Origin: Candidatus Poseidoniaceae archaeon
Lineage (GTDB): Archaea; Thermoplasmatota; Poseidoniia; Poseidoniales; Poseidoniaceae
Direction of reading: 5' to 3'
Assembly (NCBI GenBank): GCA_030741455.1
Contig: JASLVI010000001.1
Span: forward strand, 1 to 35,407
Length of the DNA: 35,407 nt
Both the position numbers and the translations under genes were made by a program. The first letter of the stretch is position 1. Each line of letters starts with the position of its first letter. Under the pieces are notes generated by a model. The model made no database searches. It worked only from the letters and a program-made list of their open reading frames with translations, and was not told the origin of the DNA. Below are positions 1 to 8,564 of the stretch, piece after piece.

Positions 1-2
1 CG

Positions 3-650
3 TTCCCAAGTGACGGAACACAATGGTCCGACCAGGATGGTGATGGTTATGGTGACAACCCAACTGGTACATTCCCAGATGCGTTCCCTACCGATGGAAC
101 TCAATGGAGTGACATGGACGGTGATGGTTACGGTGACAATCCAACTGGAAACAATGCTGACCTTTGGACCAACGATAGTTCACAATGGTTCGATACCGAT
201 GGCGATGGCTATGGTGACAACCCAACTGGAACAAACGGTGATGCCTTCCCTACCGATGGGACACAATGGTCCGACCAAGATGGTGATGGCTATGGCGATA
301 ATCAAAACGGCACCAACCCTGATGCATTCCCTGCAGATGCAACCCAGTGGATAGATACCGATGGCGATGGCTATGGTGACAACCGCAATGGCAACAATGG
401 CGATCGTTTCCCAACCGATGCAACACAATGGTCGGATATTGACTCTGATGGCTACGGTGACAATCAAGCAGGAAACAATCCTGATGCATTCCCAACCGAT
501 GGAACACAATGGGAAGACGCGGATGGGGATGGATTCGGTGATAATCAAGGCGGCGCCAATGCTGACAAATTCCCGAATGATAACACGCAATGGAGCGACG
601 TTGATGGAGATGGATACGGCGATAATGCAAACGGAAACAATCCTGATTTG
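3..650 (+). repeat. In-frame tandem array of 81-bp (27-codon) units, one partial unit plus about 8 full units
   Basis: Unit boundaries read directly from the sequence at 30, 111, 192, 273, 354, 435, 516 and 597. Each unit starts with GAY-NNN-GAY-GGN-GAT-GGN-TAY-GGY-GAY-AAY. Units are clearly similar at the DNA level but are diverged copies. Confidence 0.9.
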
Positions 651-1961
651 TGTCCAAATACACCATTTGGAAAGGCTGTGGATTCAACAGGATGTTCTGA
701 GAGTCAACTCGATGATGATGGGGATGGTGTCACCAACGATCTTGACGCCTGTCCAACGACGCCCGCTGGAGATACTGTCAATTTCAATGGCTGTTCAACC
801 ACCGAATTGGATGGTGATCTCGATGGTGTCATGGATGCTTACGATGATTGTGTTTCAACACCACTTGGCCTAACCGTTGATGCAGCTGGTTGTGCAGACT
901 CTGAGAAAGATACGGACATGGATGGAATCACCGATGATATCGACCAATGTCCATTCACACCAACTGGCAGTCCTCCGAACATCTTTGGATGTTCGGCTGA
1001 ACAACGCGACCAAGACAACGATGCAGTCTCAGACAGTGACGACCTTTGTTTCAACACTCCTGAAGGAGAATCCGTCGACATCAATGGATGTGCAGAGAGC
1101 CAGAAGGATGCTGATGGCGATGGCGTGTCCGATGCCGATGATACCTGTGCAGGAACAGCCCCTCTGTCACTCGTCAATGAGAACGGTTGCAGTTCATCAC
1201 AATTGGATGATGACATGGATCTCATCTTCAATAATGAAGACGTTTGTCCAGCCACACCAGCAAATGAAGCACCAAATGCAGAAGGTTGTTCAGCAAGTCA
1301 GGTTGATGATGATGGTGATACCATATTCAACAGCAACGACCTCTGTCCAATGACCAACGTCGACCCCTCACTTGATGCAAACGGTTGTGTCTCCAGTCAG
1401 AGAGATACGGACATGGACGGGGTTTTCGATAACCGTGACGATTGTCCTGAAACAAACATGACCAGTGTTGCTGATGATGACGGTTGTGCTCTCGAGCAAA
1501 TCGATTCTGATGGAGATGGTTACAACGATCTCATTGACGCATTCCCACTCGATGTAGAGGAATGGCAAGATGACGATGGTGATGGCGTACCAAACAAGCA
1601 AGATGCATATCCTGATGATCCGACCCAAACAAAGGCACAAGATGATGGCTCAGGCGGTGGATTCCTCATCTACACACTCGTAGCAATTCTCGTTCTGGGA
1701 GCACTTGCTGGACTTGGCGTCATGCGTCGCAACAACATGATGGCTGTGGAAAAGGTCAGTCCTTTCTCGCAAGAAGCTGCAACACAAGGTGCGATGGAAA
1801 CGCAAATGCTTGAACAGGAAGATTCTACCAGCGAAGAAAGTTCTTCCAACAACAATGAATGGGAAGAGAACGGTGTTCGATGGCTACGACAAGAAGACGG
1901 TTCTCTGTTCTATCTCGATCCTCAAGCCAATCAGTGGGTTCCATTCCAACAAACCGAATGA
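3..1961 (+). CDS. Cell-surface Ca2+-binding repeat protein (thrombospondin type 3-like repeats) with a C-terminal TM anchor. The 5' end is truncated by the window edge.
   Basis: The reading frame is open from the first in-frame codon (FPSDGTQWSDQDGDGYGDN...), so the listed ATG at 114 is internal. The protein has 8 units of DxDGDGYGDN...FPxDxTQW and 8 units of DxDxDGVxDxxDxCPxTPxGxxVxxxGC. The second unit type matches the TSP3 repeat pattern of OmpA-like proteins. A TM helix FLIYTLVAILVLGALAGLGVM lies at about 1662-1724, followed by RRNN and a 77-aa tail. Confidence 0.75.
   Translation, partial: FPSDGTQWSDQDGDGYGDNPTGTFPDAFPTDGTQWSDMDGDGYGDNPTGNNADLWTNDSSQWFDTDGDGYGDNPTGTNGDAFPTDGTQWSDQDGDGYGDNQNGTNPDAFPADATQWIDTDGDGYGDNRNGNNGDRFPTDATQWSDIDSDGYGDNQAGNNPDAFPTDGTQWEDADGDGFGDNQGGANADKFPNDNTQWSDVDGDGYGDNANGNNPDLCPNTPFGKAVDSTGCSESQLDDDGDGVTNDLDACPTTPAGDTVNFNGCSTTELDGDLDGVMDAYDDCVSTPLGLTVDAAGCADSEKDTDMDGITDDIDQCPFTPTGSPPNIFGCSAEQRDQDNDAVSDSDDLCFNTPEGESVDINGCAESQKDADGDGVSDADDTCAGTAPLSLVNENGCSSSQLDDDMDLIFNNEDVCPATPANEAPNAEGCSASQVDDDGDTIFNSNDLCPMTNVDPSLDANGCVSSQRDTDMDGVFDNRDDCPETNMTSVADDDGCALEQIDSDGDGYNDLIDAFPLDVEEWQDDDGDGVPNKQDAYPDDPTQTKAQDDGSGGGFLIYTLVAILVLGALAGLGVMRRNNMMAVEKVSPFSQEAATQGAMETQMLEQEDSTSEESSSNNNEWEENGVRWLRQEDGSLFYLDPQANQWVPFQQTE
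711..1502 (+). repeat. In-frame tandem array of eight 99-bp (33-codon) Cys-pair units
   Basis: All eight units are exactly 33 codons, starting at 711, 810, 909, 1008, 1107, 1206, 1305 and 1404. Each has a DxDxDG-type acidic loop plus two Cys (CPxTP...GC). Two degenerate acidic units follow at 1503-1650. Confidence 0.9.
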
Positions 1962-2013
1962 TTGATTCACTCGAGAGGCAAGGATTTAGATTCTCCTTCA
2001 ACAAAGGTGTATC

Positions 2014-2634
2014 ATGGAGGAAGGCTTCAAGCGCGATACTTGTGCAGAAGTCGCCCTAAGTGCCATGGTAAGTATGATCATGATTCTGCTCTTTTCAGCT
2101 CTTGTCGCTGGAATGGCATTGATGATGATTGAACAAGCATTCATGGAATCACGTACTCAAAGTGTTGAACAATCTGAAACACTCAATTCAGTTCCTTTGG
2201 TGTTGGTGTTTGAAGTTGAGCAATTAGATACAACTGGAAATACAAACGATCAACTTTACTTGATGTTCAAGTTCCCGTTCGCAGGTGATACCATAGCGGA
2301 TACGAACGTTAAATGGGCTATGATGTGCGATATCAATGACACAGGGCCACCACAAACAAGTTCCGCTCATACACTTGTTTATTCAAGTGGTAACTTTGAT
2401 GTCGCAACCGATTTGAACGGAAATGCGAATGATGCTGCTTCACTTGACGAATTCAATCCACAAACATACTATCATGTCCTCATCGATTTAACAAGCCCAA
2501 ATGGCAATGGTGATTGTGATTTGGTCGAAGATATGCATGCAACCTTGGTGATTGCAGTCGAGAAAGGACGAACAGTAGAACTTGATTTCTATGTTCCAGA
2601 TGATGTTACACCTGGATATGACCTGATGAGTTGA
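2014..2634 (+). CDS. Archaellin/type IV pilin-like protein with a divergent class III signal peptide
   Basis: An AGGTG sits 5 nt upstream of the ATG. The N-terminus has a short charged leader (MEEGFKRDTCA), then a hydrophobic helix EVALSAMVSMIMILLFSALVAGMALMMIEQ, then a polar stretch ESRTQSVEQSE as in archaellins. It is a paralog of the next gene, sharing LMF..G......V.W...C and a second Cys. Confidence 0.5.
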   Translation: MEEGFKRDTCAEVALSAMVSMIMILLFSALVAGMALMMIEQAFMESRTQSVEQSETLNSVPLVLVFEVEQLDTTGNTNDQLYLMFKFPFAGDTIADTNVKWAMMCDINDTGPPQTSSAHTLVYSSGNFDVATDLNGNANDAASLDEFNPQTYYHVLIDLTSPNGNGDCDLVEDMHATLVIAVEKGRTVELDFYVPDDVTPGYDLMS

Positions 2635-2639
2635 GAGCA

Positions 2640-3257
2640 ATGGAAAAACAGAACGATACACTTGCCCAAGTTGGCATCGGTGCAATGATTGTCTTCATTG
2701 GAATCATCATTGCTGTCACATCATCGATGTATGTCATGATCAATCAACTCGAACGAATCTCCCAAGGTGCAGAAGAAGCGGTTTCAGTAGCAACAAATGA
2801 AGCGCATACACAAGTGATTTTTGTTGGAGGATGGGTTGACGATGAGTATGATGATTTCCTATTGATGTTTGAGTATCAGAGCCTAGGTAAAAACGTACAA
2901 ACCGATGAGGTTGCTTGGGTTTTGTGGTGTGAATTTAACGGCGAGATTTTTAGAAGAATGGGTTACATGGGGGACCAAGTTTTCTCTGCACCCATCGGGA
3001 CGGACGGAGAAAGGACGACAATATGGGAAGTTGGCGCAGAGATTCTAAAACCAGATGAATTAATCTCAGGAAAGCGCTACTTCGTCATCGCAGATGGAGG
3101 AACTGGTACAGATAGTGGGAACGGTGCATTTTGTGGCCCTGAATGGATTTTTGATCGAGGTGTTACCGCCTATTATTCGATTTACCTCCCTGATGGTGGG
3201 CACACCACGCAAGAATTGCGCGTGAATGTGTTCGAGGTTGGTCAATCGGTCACTTGA
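2640..3257 (+). CDS. flaB: Archaellin (FlaB/ArlB family)-like protein
   Basis: The N-terminus MEKQNDTLAQVGIGAMIVFIGIIIAVTSSMYVMINQ matches the archaellin signature ..GQVGIGTLIVFIAMVLVAA..LINT. Its size of about 205 aa is typical. An alternative TTG start at 2631 would overlap the upstream stop (TTGA). Confidence 0.62.
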   Translation: MEKQNDTLAQVGIGAMIVFIGIIIAVTSSMYVMINQLERISQGAEEAVSVATNEAHTQVIFVGGWVDDEYDDFLLMFEYQSLGKNVQTDEVAWVLWCEFNGEIFRRMGYMGDQVFSAPIGTDGERTTIWEVGAEILKPDELISGKRYFVIADGGTGTDSGNGAFCGPEWIFDRGVTAYYSIYLPDGGHTTQELRVNVFEVGQSVT

Positions 3258-3278
3258 ACCCCATATTGGTGTGAAAGT

Positions 3279-3716
3279 ATGATGAACGACGATTCAGTTT
3301 CCGAGCCAGAGAAGCCTCCCTCCTCAGTGGTCATATCGGTTCCTTTGGTTCAGAAAGATTCTGAACAAAGGAGTATTCAACAGCAACCTGAAGTCATTCT
3401 GATCCAAGCACCGAAGTTCAATCATCCCGCTCGAACAATAAGTTCGATTGTAACGTTCCTTGCGATCTTTGTTTTCTTAATCTCATTCTTCAGCTTTGGT
3501 TCATCCTCAGGAGGATTCTCGCACCTGGAATTTGGTTTCCAAAGTTGTTGCTTTTTGTTCAATGTTGCATTCATACTGGAAATTGTCTATTATGGAAATC
3601 TGATAACACACAACAATACCTATGGTGAAGACAACACTTGGCCAACACTCAACCTTTTCCTTGCGTTGGTGTTGGCAGGGATAGGATTGTTGATTTTCCT
3701 AACGAATTTCTTCTAA
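3279..3716 (+). CDS. Small integral membrane protein of unknown function (about 3 TM helices)
   Basis: A 145-aa ORF with a hydrophilic 50-aa N-terminus. It has three hydrophobic segments (ISSIVTFLAIFVFLISFF, CCFLFNVAFILEIVYY, LNLFLALVLAGIGLLIFL). I recognise no family. Confidence 0.45.
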   Translation: MMNDDSVSEPEKPPSSVVISVPLVQKDSEQRSIQQQPEVILIQAPKFNHPARTISSIVTFLAIFVFLISFFSFGSSSGGFSHLEFGFQSCCFLFNVAFILEIVYYGNLITHNNTYGEDNTWPTLNLFLALVLAGIGLLIFLTNFF

Positions 3717-3717
3717 A

Positions 3718-5124
<1,407 letters not shown>

Positions 5125-5162
5125 TCATTGGATGAGTACCCATAATGCAGGTTTCAGAAGCC

Positions 5163-5600
5163 TTACAGAGGACACACGGTCATGAAGCGTTCAAGGCGTT
5201 CAATTCTCCGCTGACCTTGCTCATCGACATCAGCCATTGCATGTATTGCTTCCTCAATCATAGCGTGTTGATCGGGTTGAATGGAAAGTAATCGACGGAG
5301 ATGGTCAAGAAGGGCCCATTCATCTTCAGAAATGACTTCATCATCAAGAGCTGCAATCAATGCGGCTTGATAGGTTGAAACGGCCCCCATGGCCATTTCA
5401 ATCTCATCGGATTCCTCGAATGGATTCAACTCTTCCCCTCGAGCAATCGAAAGACACAGTGCTGTATCACTCGGCTGAACACCCAGTGTTGCACCAAGAA
5501 CTCTGAGAATCGCAGCCTCATCATCGGTGACAATTGAATCTTCGAGAGCGGTTTCAACCAATTGTAGGTAAAGGCGGTTTGCGGCGTTGTCTTCGAGCAT
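5163..5600 (-). CDS. Hypothetical acidic helical protein with an internal duplication. TerB-like is only a guess.
   Basis: The ORF track starts at a TTG (5618); the first ATG is at 5600. There are two similar segments, ALEDSIVTDDEAAILRVLGATLGVQPSD and ALDDEVISEDEWALLDHLRRLLSIQPDQ. I found no catalytic motif. Confidence 0.45.
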   Translation of the reverse strand: MLEDNAANRLYLQLVETALEDSIVTDDEAAILRVLGATLGVQPSDTALCLSIARGEELNPFEESDEIEMAMGAVSTYQAALIAALDDEVISEDEWALLDHLRRLLSIQPDQHAMIEEAIHAMADVDEQGQRRIERLERFMTVCPL

Positions 5601-5647
5601 AAACGTTGGACTGCGCAACAGGGTTTAGACTTAACCGTTAGAAATGC

Positions 5648-5687
5648 AACGTAATACATATCGTATGACAAACGTATTACTTTATAT
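5648..5687 (+). promoter_or_regulatory. Candidate operator (three phased CGTAWKAC boxes) abutting a TATA-like box for the RHH gene
   Basis: The boxes are aCGTAATAC at 5649-5657, tCGTATGAC at 5661-5669 and aCGTATTAC at 5672-5680, spaced 11-12 bp apart. Boxes 1 and 3 also form the inverted repeat GTAATAC/GTATTAC. TTTATAT lies at 5681-5687, AGGAGGG at 5711-5717 and the ATG at 5724. Confidence 0.3.
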
Positions 5688-5723
5688 GCTGGATGGTGCT
5701 ACATATGTTTAGGAGGGCAAGAA

Positions 5724-6095
5724 ATGAGCAACCCAAGCACGTTGACATCGATTCGTCTCGATGCAGATACCATGCAATCATTGGACATGCTCGTAGGACA
5801 AGACGGTCTGAACAACCGATCCGATGTCATACGCCTTGCAATACAACAACTCCTCCACGGGCAAGCAAAACTCCCTGGAATGAAGAGTGTTCGAATTCCT
5901 CTTGGTCGCCAAATGGAACTTCAACTCGCCTCCCTATACGAGTTGTTCGGGGTTACTCATGAACAAGCAGCCTCGGAAGGCTTGCAACTTTACATCGATA
6001 AGAAGGTCGAGAGTCTCGACCAACAAGACAAACTCAATGATGCCGTAGCAAAATCATTTGCTGCGACACAACCAAGCAAGGAATACCACGAATGA
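5724..6095 (+). CDS. Ribbon-helix-helix (CopG/MetJ-Arc superfamily) DNA-binding protein
   Basis: The N-terminus fits the RHH pattern: beta-strand TSIRLDADTMQSL, then helices with NRSDVIRLAIQQLL. A strong SD, AGGAGGG, sits 7 nt upstream. Confidence 0.65.
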   Translation: MSNPSTLTSIRLDADTMQSLDMLVGQDGLNNRSDVIRLAIQQLLHGQAKLPGMKSVRIPLGRQMELQLASLYELFGVTHEQAASEGLQLYIDKKVESLDQQDKLNDAVAKSFAATQPSKEYHE

Positions 6096-6174
6096 AAAGC
6101 GGTGAGAGCAGAGAGGGGATGGGATATGATTTGGCACGAAGAAGACAACACGCTTCCGAAGGCCACCTTCAATG

Positions 6175-6369
6175 CTGTGCAAGATCGGTCAGACTTGCAC
6201 GGATTAGCTACCTTGCGGATGCGTGCCCGTCGTGCACGACGTGACCAACGTGGACCCCAACACCACAACCCCCACAGCCCCCCGGATGACGGTCGGGGGG
6301 ACTCTGATTCCACACCTGTCTCTTGACGGTGGAAACCCCACACGTGCCGCGGCCCCCACTCCACGGCAC
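6175..6369. other. GC-rich cluster of five stem-loops/palindromes in a non-coding gap. It is a candidate structured RNA or regulatory DNA, and the strand is undetermined.
   Basis: The elements read from the sequence are as follows. CTGTGCAAG-N10-CTTGCACGG spans 6175-6202 (one G.U pair). The perfect palindrome CGTCGTGCACGACG spans 6228-6241. CCCCCCG-N9-CGGGGGG spans 6278-6300. TTCCAC-N15-GTGGAA spans 6308-6334. GTGCCG-N14-CGGCAC spans 6344-6369. By hand count, 101 of 150 nt are G+C in 6221-6370, clearly above the surrounding genes. Confidence 0.35.
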
Positions 6370-6407
6370 ACTTGACTTCAATCAGCGAATGCTTTCGACA
6401 CGAATCC

Positions 6408-6413
6408 TTTAGA
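6408..6413 (+). promoter_or_regulatory. TATA-like box (TTTAGA) positioned for a leaderless XPD transcript
   Basis: The box centre is about 26-27 nt upstream of the ATG at 6437, the usual archaeal TATA-to-TSS distance. There is no SD between the box and the ATG. Confidence 0.3.
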
Positions 6414-6436
6414 GGGGTCGTCATTGTTCTCAAGAT

Positions 6437-8545
6437 ATGTCAGGCCAAGAATCCTCCACTTTTTCGGGAGAGATTCGCTATCTTGCTCACGAAGAGGCGC
6501 GTCCTGGCCAACTCGAAATGATCCATGATTGTCTCAACGCACTCCATTCTGGAGGACATCATCTCGCTGCTGCACCAACTGGAATTGGTAAAACCGCTGC
6601 AGCGTTAGCAGCAGCCGTTGATGCTGCAAGGTTTGCGAATGGTCCACGAACCATCTTCTTCCTCACATCTCGGCAAAGTCAGCATAAGATTGTCATCGAT
6701 ACAGTTCGTCGAATCAATGCGCGACGACCTCCTCAAGAAAAAGTGCGGCTTGTTGACATGGTCGGTCAAGCGAGCATGTGCGTTCAGCCCTTTGCCAAGG
6801 AATCACCTCCACTCTTCTCACTCCTTTGCAACCAAGCTCGTTCCTCACGTTCATGCAAACCCTACTTGACGCAAGCGCCGGGTTTGCGTCAACGAATCCT
6901 TTCAGATCCGTTGCATGTTGAGGAACTCGTTCAAATGGCGCAAACACATTCGGAACATGGTGTTCCAACGCTCACATGTCCATGGAAGGCTGCACGCGAG
7001 GCTGTGTCCTCTGCTGATATCTTTGTTGGCGACTACAACCACTTGTTTGTAGATGCAGTTCGAGAAGCATCACTCAATGCAATGGAAGTGGATCTATCCG
7101 ATCTTATTGTCATTGTAGATGAAGCCCACAATTTACCAGATCGAATTCGTATGGGGATGGAGCGACGATTTACACCAACAGTGGTTCGCAATGCAGTCAT
7201 CGATCTAGAAGAATACACTGAACGAATGATTGAATCTGCCGCCTCACTCGGAACCGATGGCCTTGTTCTGCAATCATCGCTCGCTTCCTGGGCTCTCGAT
7301 GTCATGAAAGTCTGTCGAGGTCGAATGGCTGATTTGTTCAGAGACCTACTCAACGAACCAGCCGAATTTGAAGAACGACGTGTCAATGTTGAACGGTTGA
7401 GAAATATTTTCCTTGCATCTTGTGATGAAGTCGAAGGAAAAGTGGGACAACAACAATTGCAAGCTGAGCAAATACATGCTGTCGAGTCACCAGGCGAAGG
7501 ATTAGATCGGCTGAAGATTCTACGTGATGTCCTCCTCGATGTTGAAATCAAAGTCGATGCTGATGAAGAAAATCCCAATATTGACATTGATGCTCATCGT
7601 ATTGGACATCTTCTTGAGGACATGCTACGTTTTGGAGAAACCACTGCACTTGTCTATGTTCATGATGCAAAAGGAAAGGAAGGTAGAATTACATCACATC
7701 TCCTTGATCCTGGACTTGTTTCAGGACCTGTCCTCAAGAAGTGTGCAGGCAGTATTCTAATGTCAGGCACACTCTATCCTCCAAAGATGTATGCTGACCT
7801 CCTTGGAATTGGTCAACAAAAAACAACAAGTCGACAATACGAATCACCATTTGCAAGTCAGCGACGCCCAATCATCGTTGCAAAAGATGTTACGACACGA
7901 TATCAGGATCGAACCTACGAGAATACGCAACGTATTCGAAATCATATCCAAGCCCTTTGTGACTCATCACCCGGTCACGTAGCTGTTTTCACACCATCGT
8001 ATTCGATGCTCAATGAATACATTGGTGAAGGTCAGTTCCGTGGTGTTGTCGTTCGAATGGAGGATAGGACATGGTCAAAACAGGATGTCGATCAGTTGCT
8101 TGATGTCCTCGAAGATGCGAAGCAAGCAGGACGGCAAATTCTTCTCGCCGGTGTTTTTGGAGGACGACTCTCTGAAGGAATTGACTACCACAACGGAATC
8201 TTGGATGCTGTTGCTTGCATTGGGATTCCGAATCCACCTCCTTCAATTCATCAAAAGGCATTACGCACGTACATCGAGGGGCGGTTTGGGCGGGCAAATG
8301 CTTGGCGTTATGCTTCGACACAACCTGCGATAAATGCGATTCTCCAAGCGATGGGGCGACCGATTCGAAGTATTGCTGATCGAGCATTGGTGCTTCTTTT
8401 AGACAAGAGAAATACCGATCGAACCTACATCGAATGTTTCCCAAAAGACATTCGAATGAATACAACAACTGAGCCAGAAACAACGAAATCCTTCGCTCGT
8501 CGATTCTTTTCAAGAGTGCATCGACAATCCGAAGGTTCATCATAA
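6437..8545 (+). CDS. xpd: XPD/Rad3-family (DinG-like) ATP-dependent 5'-3' DNA helicase with an FeS-type 4-Cys module
   Basis: Walker A is AAAPTGIGKTAA. Four Cys lie between motifs I and II (CVQPF..., LLCNQARSSRSCKPY..., LTCPW). Further matches are GDYNHLF, the DEAH box VDEAHNL, SGTLYP and QAMGRPIRS..D. Confidence 0.9.
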   Translation: MSGQESSTFSGEIRYLAHEEARPGQLEMIHDCLNALHSGGHHLAAAPTGIGKTAAALAAAVDAARFANGPRTIFFLTSRQSQHKIVIDTVRRINARRPPQEKVRLVDMVGQASMCVQPFAKESPPLFSLLCNQARSSRSCKPYLTQAPGLRQRILSDPLHVEELVQMAQTHSEHGVPTLTCPWKAAREAVSSADIFVGDYNHLFVDAVREASLNAMEVDLSDLIVIVDEAHNLPDRIRMGMERRFTPTVVRNAVIDLEEYTERMIESAASLGTDGLVLQSSLASWALDVMKVCRGRMADLFRDLLNEPAEFEERRVNVERLRNIFLASCDEVEGKVGQQQLQAEQIHAVESPGEGLDRLKILRDVLLDVEIKVDADEENPNIDIDAHRIGHLLEDMLRFGETTALVYVHDAKGKEGRITSHLLDPGLVSGPVLKKCAGSILMSGTLYPPKMYADLLGIGQQKTTSRQYESPFASQRRPIIVAKDVTTRYQDRTYENTQRIRNHIQALCDSSPGHVAVFTPSYSMLNEYIGEGQFRGVVVRMEDRTWSKQDVDQLLDVLEDAKQAGRQILLAGVFGGRLSEGIDYHNGILDAVACIGIPNPPPSIHQKALRTYIEGRFGRANAWRYASTQPAINAILQAMGRPIRSIADRALVLLLDKRNTDRTYIECFPKDIRMNTTTEPETTKSFARRFFSRVHRQSEGSS

Positions 8546-8564
8546 TCAAGCAGGAGGAGAGAAC

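Noticed and set aside
10-873. Long alternative-frame and antisense ORFs across the first repeat array: 10-354 (+), 361-873 (+), 180-590 (-), 250-687 (-).
   Set aside because: They lie in the periodic GAT/GGT/GAC-rich 81-bp repeats, which happen to lack stop codons in other frames. Their translations are repetitive Met/Val/Thr- or His/Arg-rich nonsense. The frame that carries the DGDGYGDN repeats is continuous from the window edge into a TM-anchored protein.
1-1502. Tandem repeats considered as a CRISPR-like or satellite array.
   Set aside because: The units are contiguous with no spacers. Their lengths are multiples of three, they are in frame, and they encode conserved Ca-binding motifs. 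These are protein-coding repeats.
6250-6300. G-quadruplex potential on the minus strand (runs G6, G5, G4), or an i-motif on the plus strand.
   Set aside because: There are only three long G-runs and one GG. A canonical four-run G3+ quadruplex is not satisfied without splitting the G6 run. The same bases are better explained by the hairpin stems.
6284-6334. Possible C/D-box sRNA: GGATGAC as the C box, CTGA at 6304-6307 as the D' box, TTGACGG as the C' box.
   Set aside because: The boxes are imperfect (no clean RUGAUGA), the spacing does not give two roughly 12-nt guides, and there is no terminal D box or kink-turn-forming stem. This looks like a chance match in GC-rich sequence.
5990-6433. 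ORFs covering the GC-rich gap: 6102-6326 (+), 74 aa with a GTG start, and 5990-6433 (-), 147 aa.
   Set aside because: The translations are Arg/Pro/His-rich or Trp/Cys/Arg/Ser-rich low-complexity sequence, typical of translated GC-rich non-coding DNA. The minus-strand ORF also runs antisense into the RHH gene. A toxin partner for the RHH protein was considered, but nothing resembles a known toxin fold.
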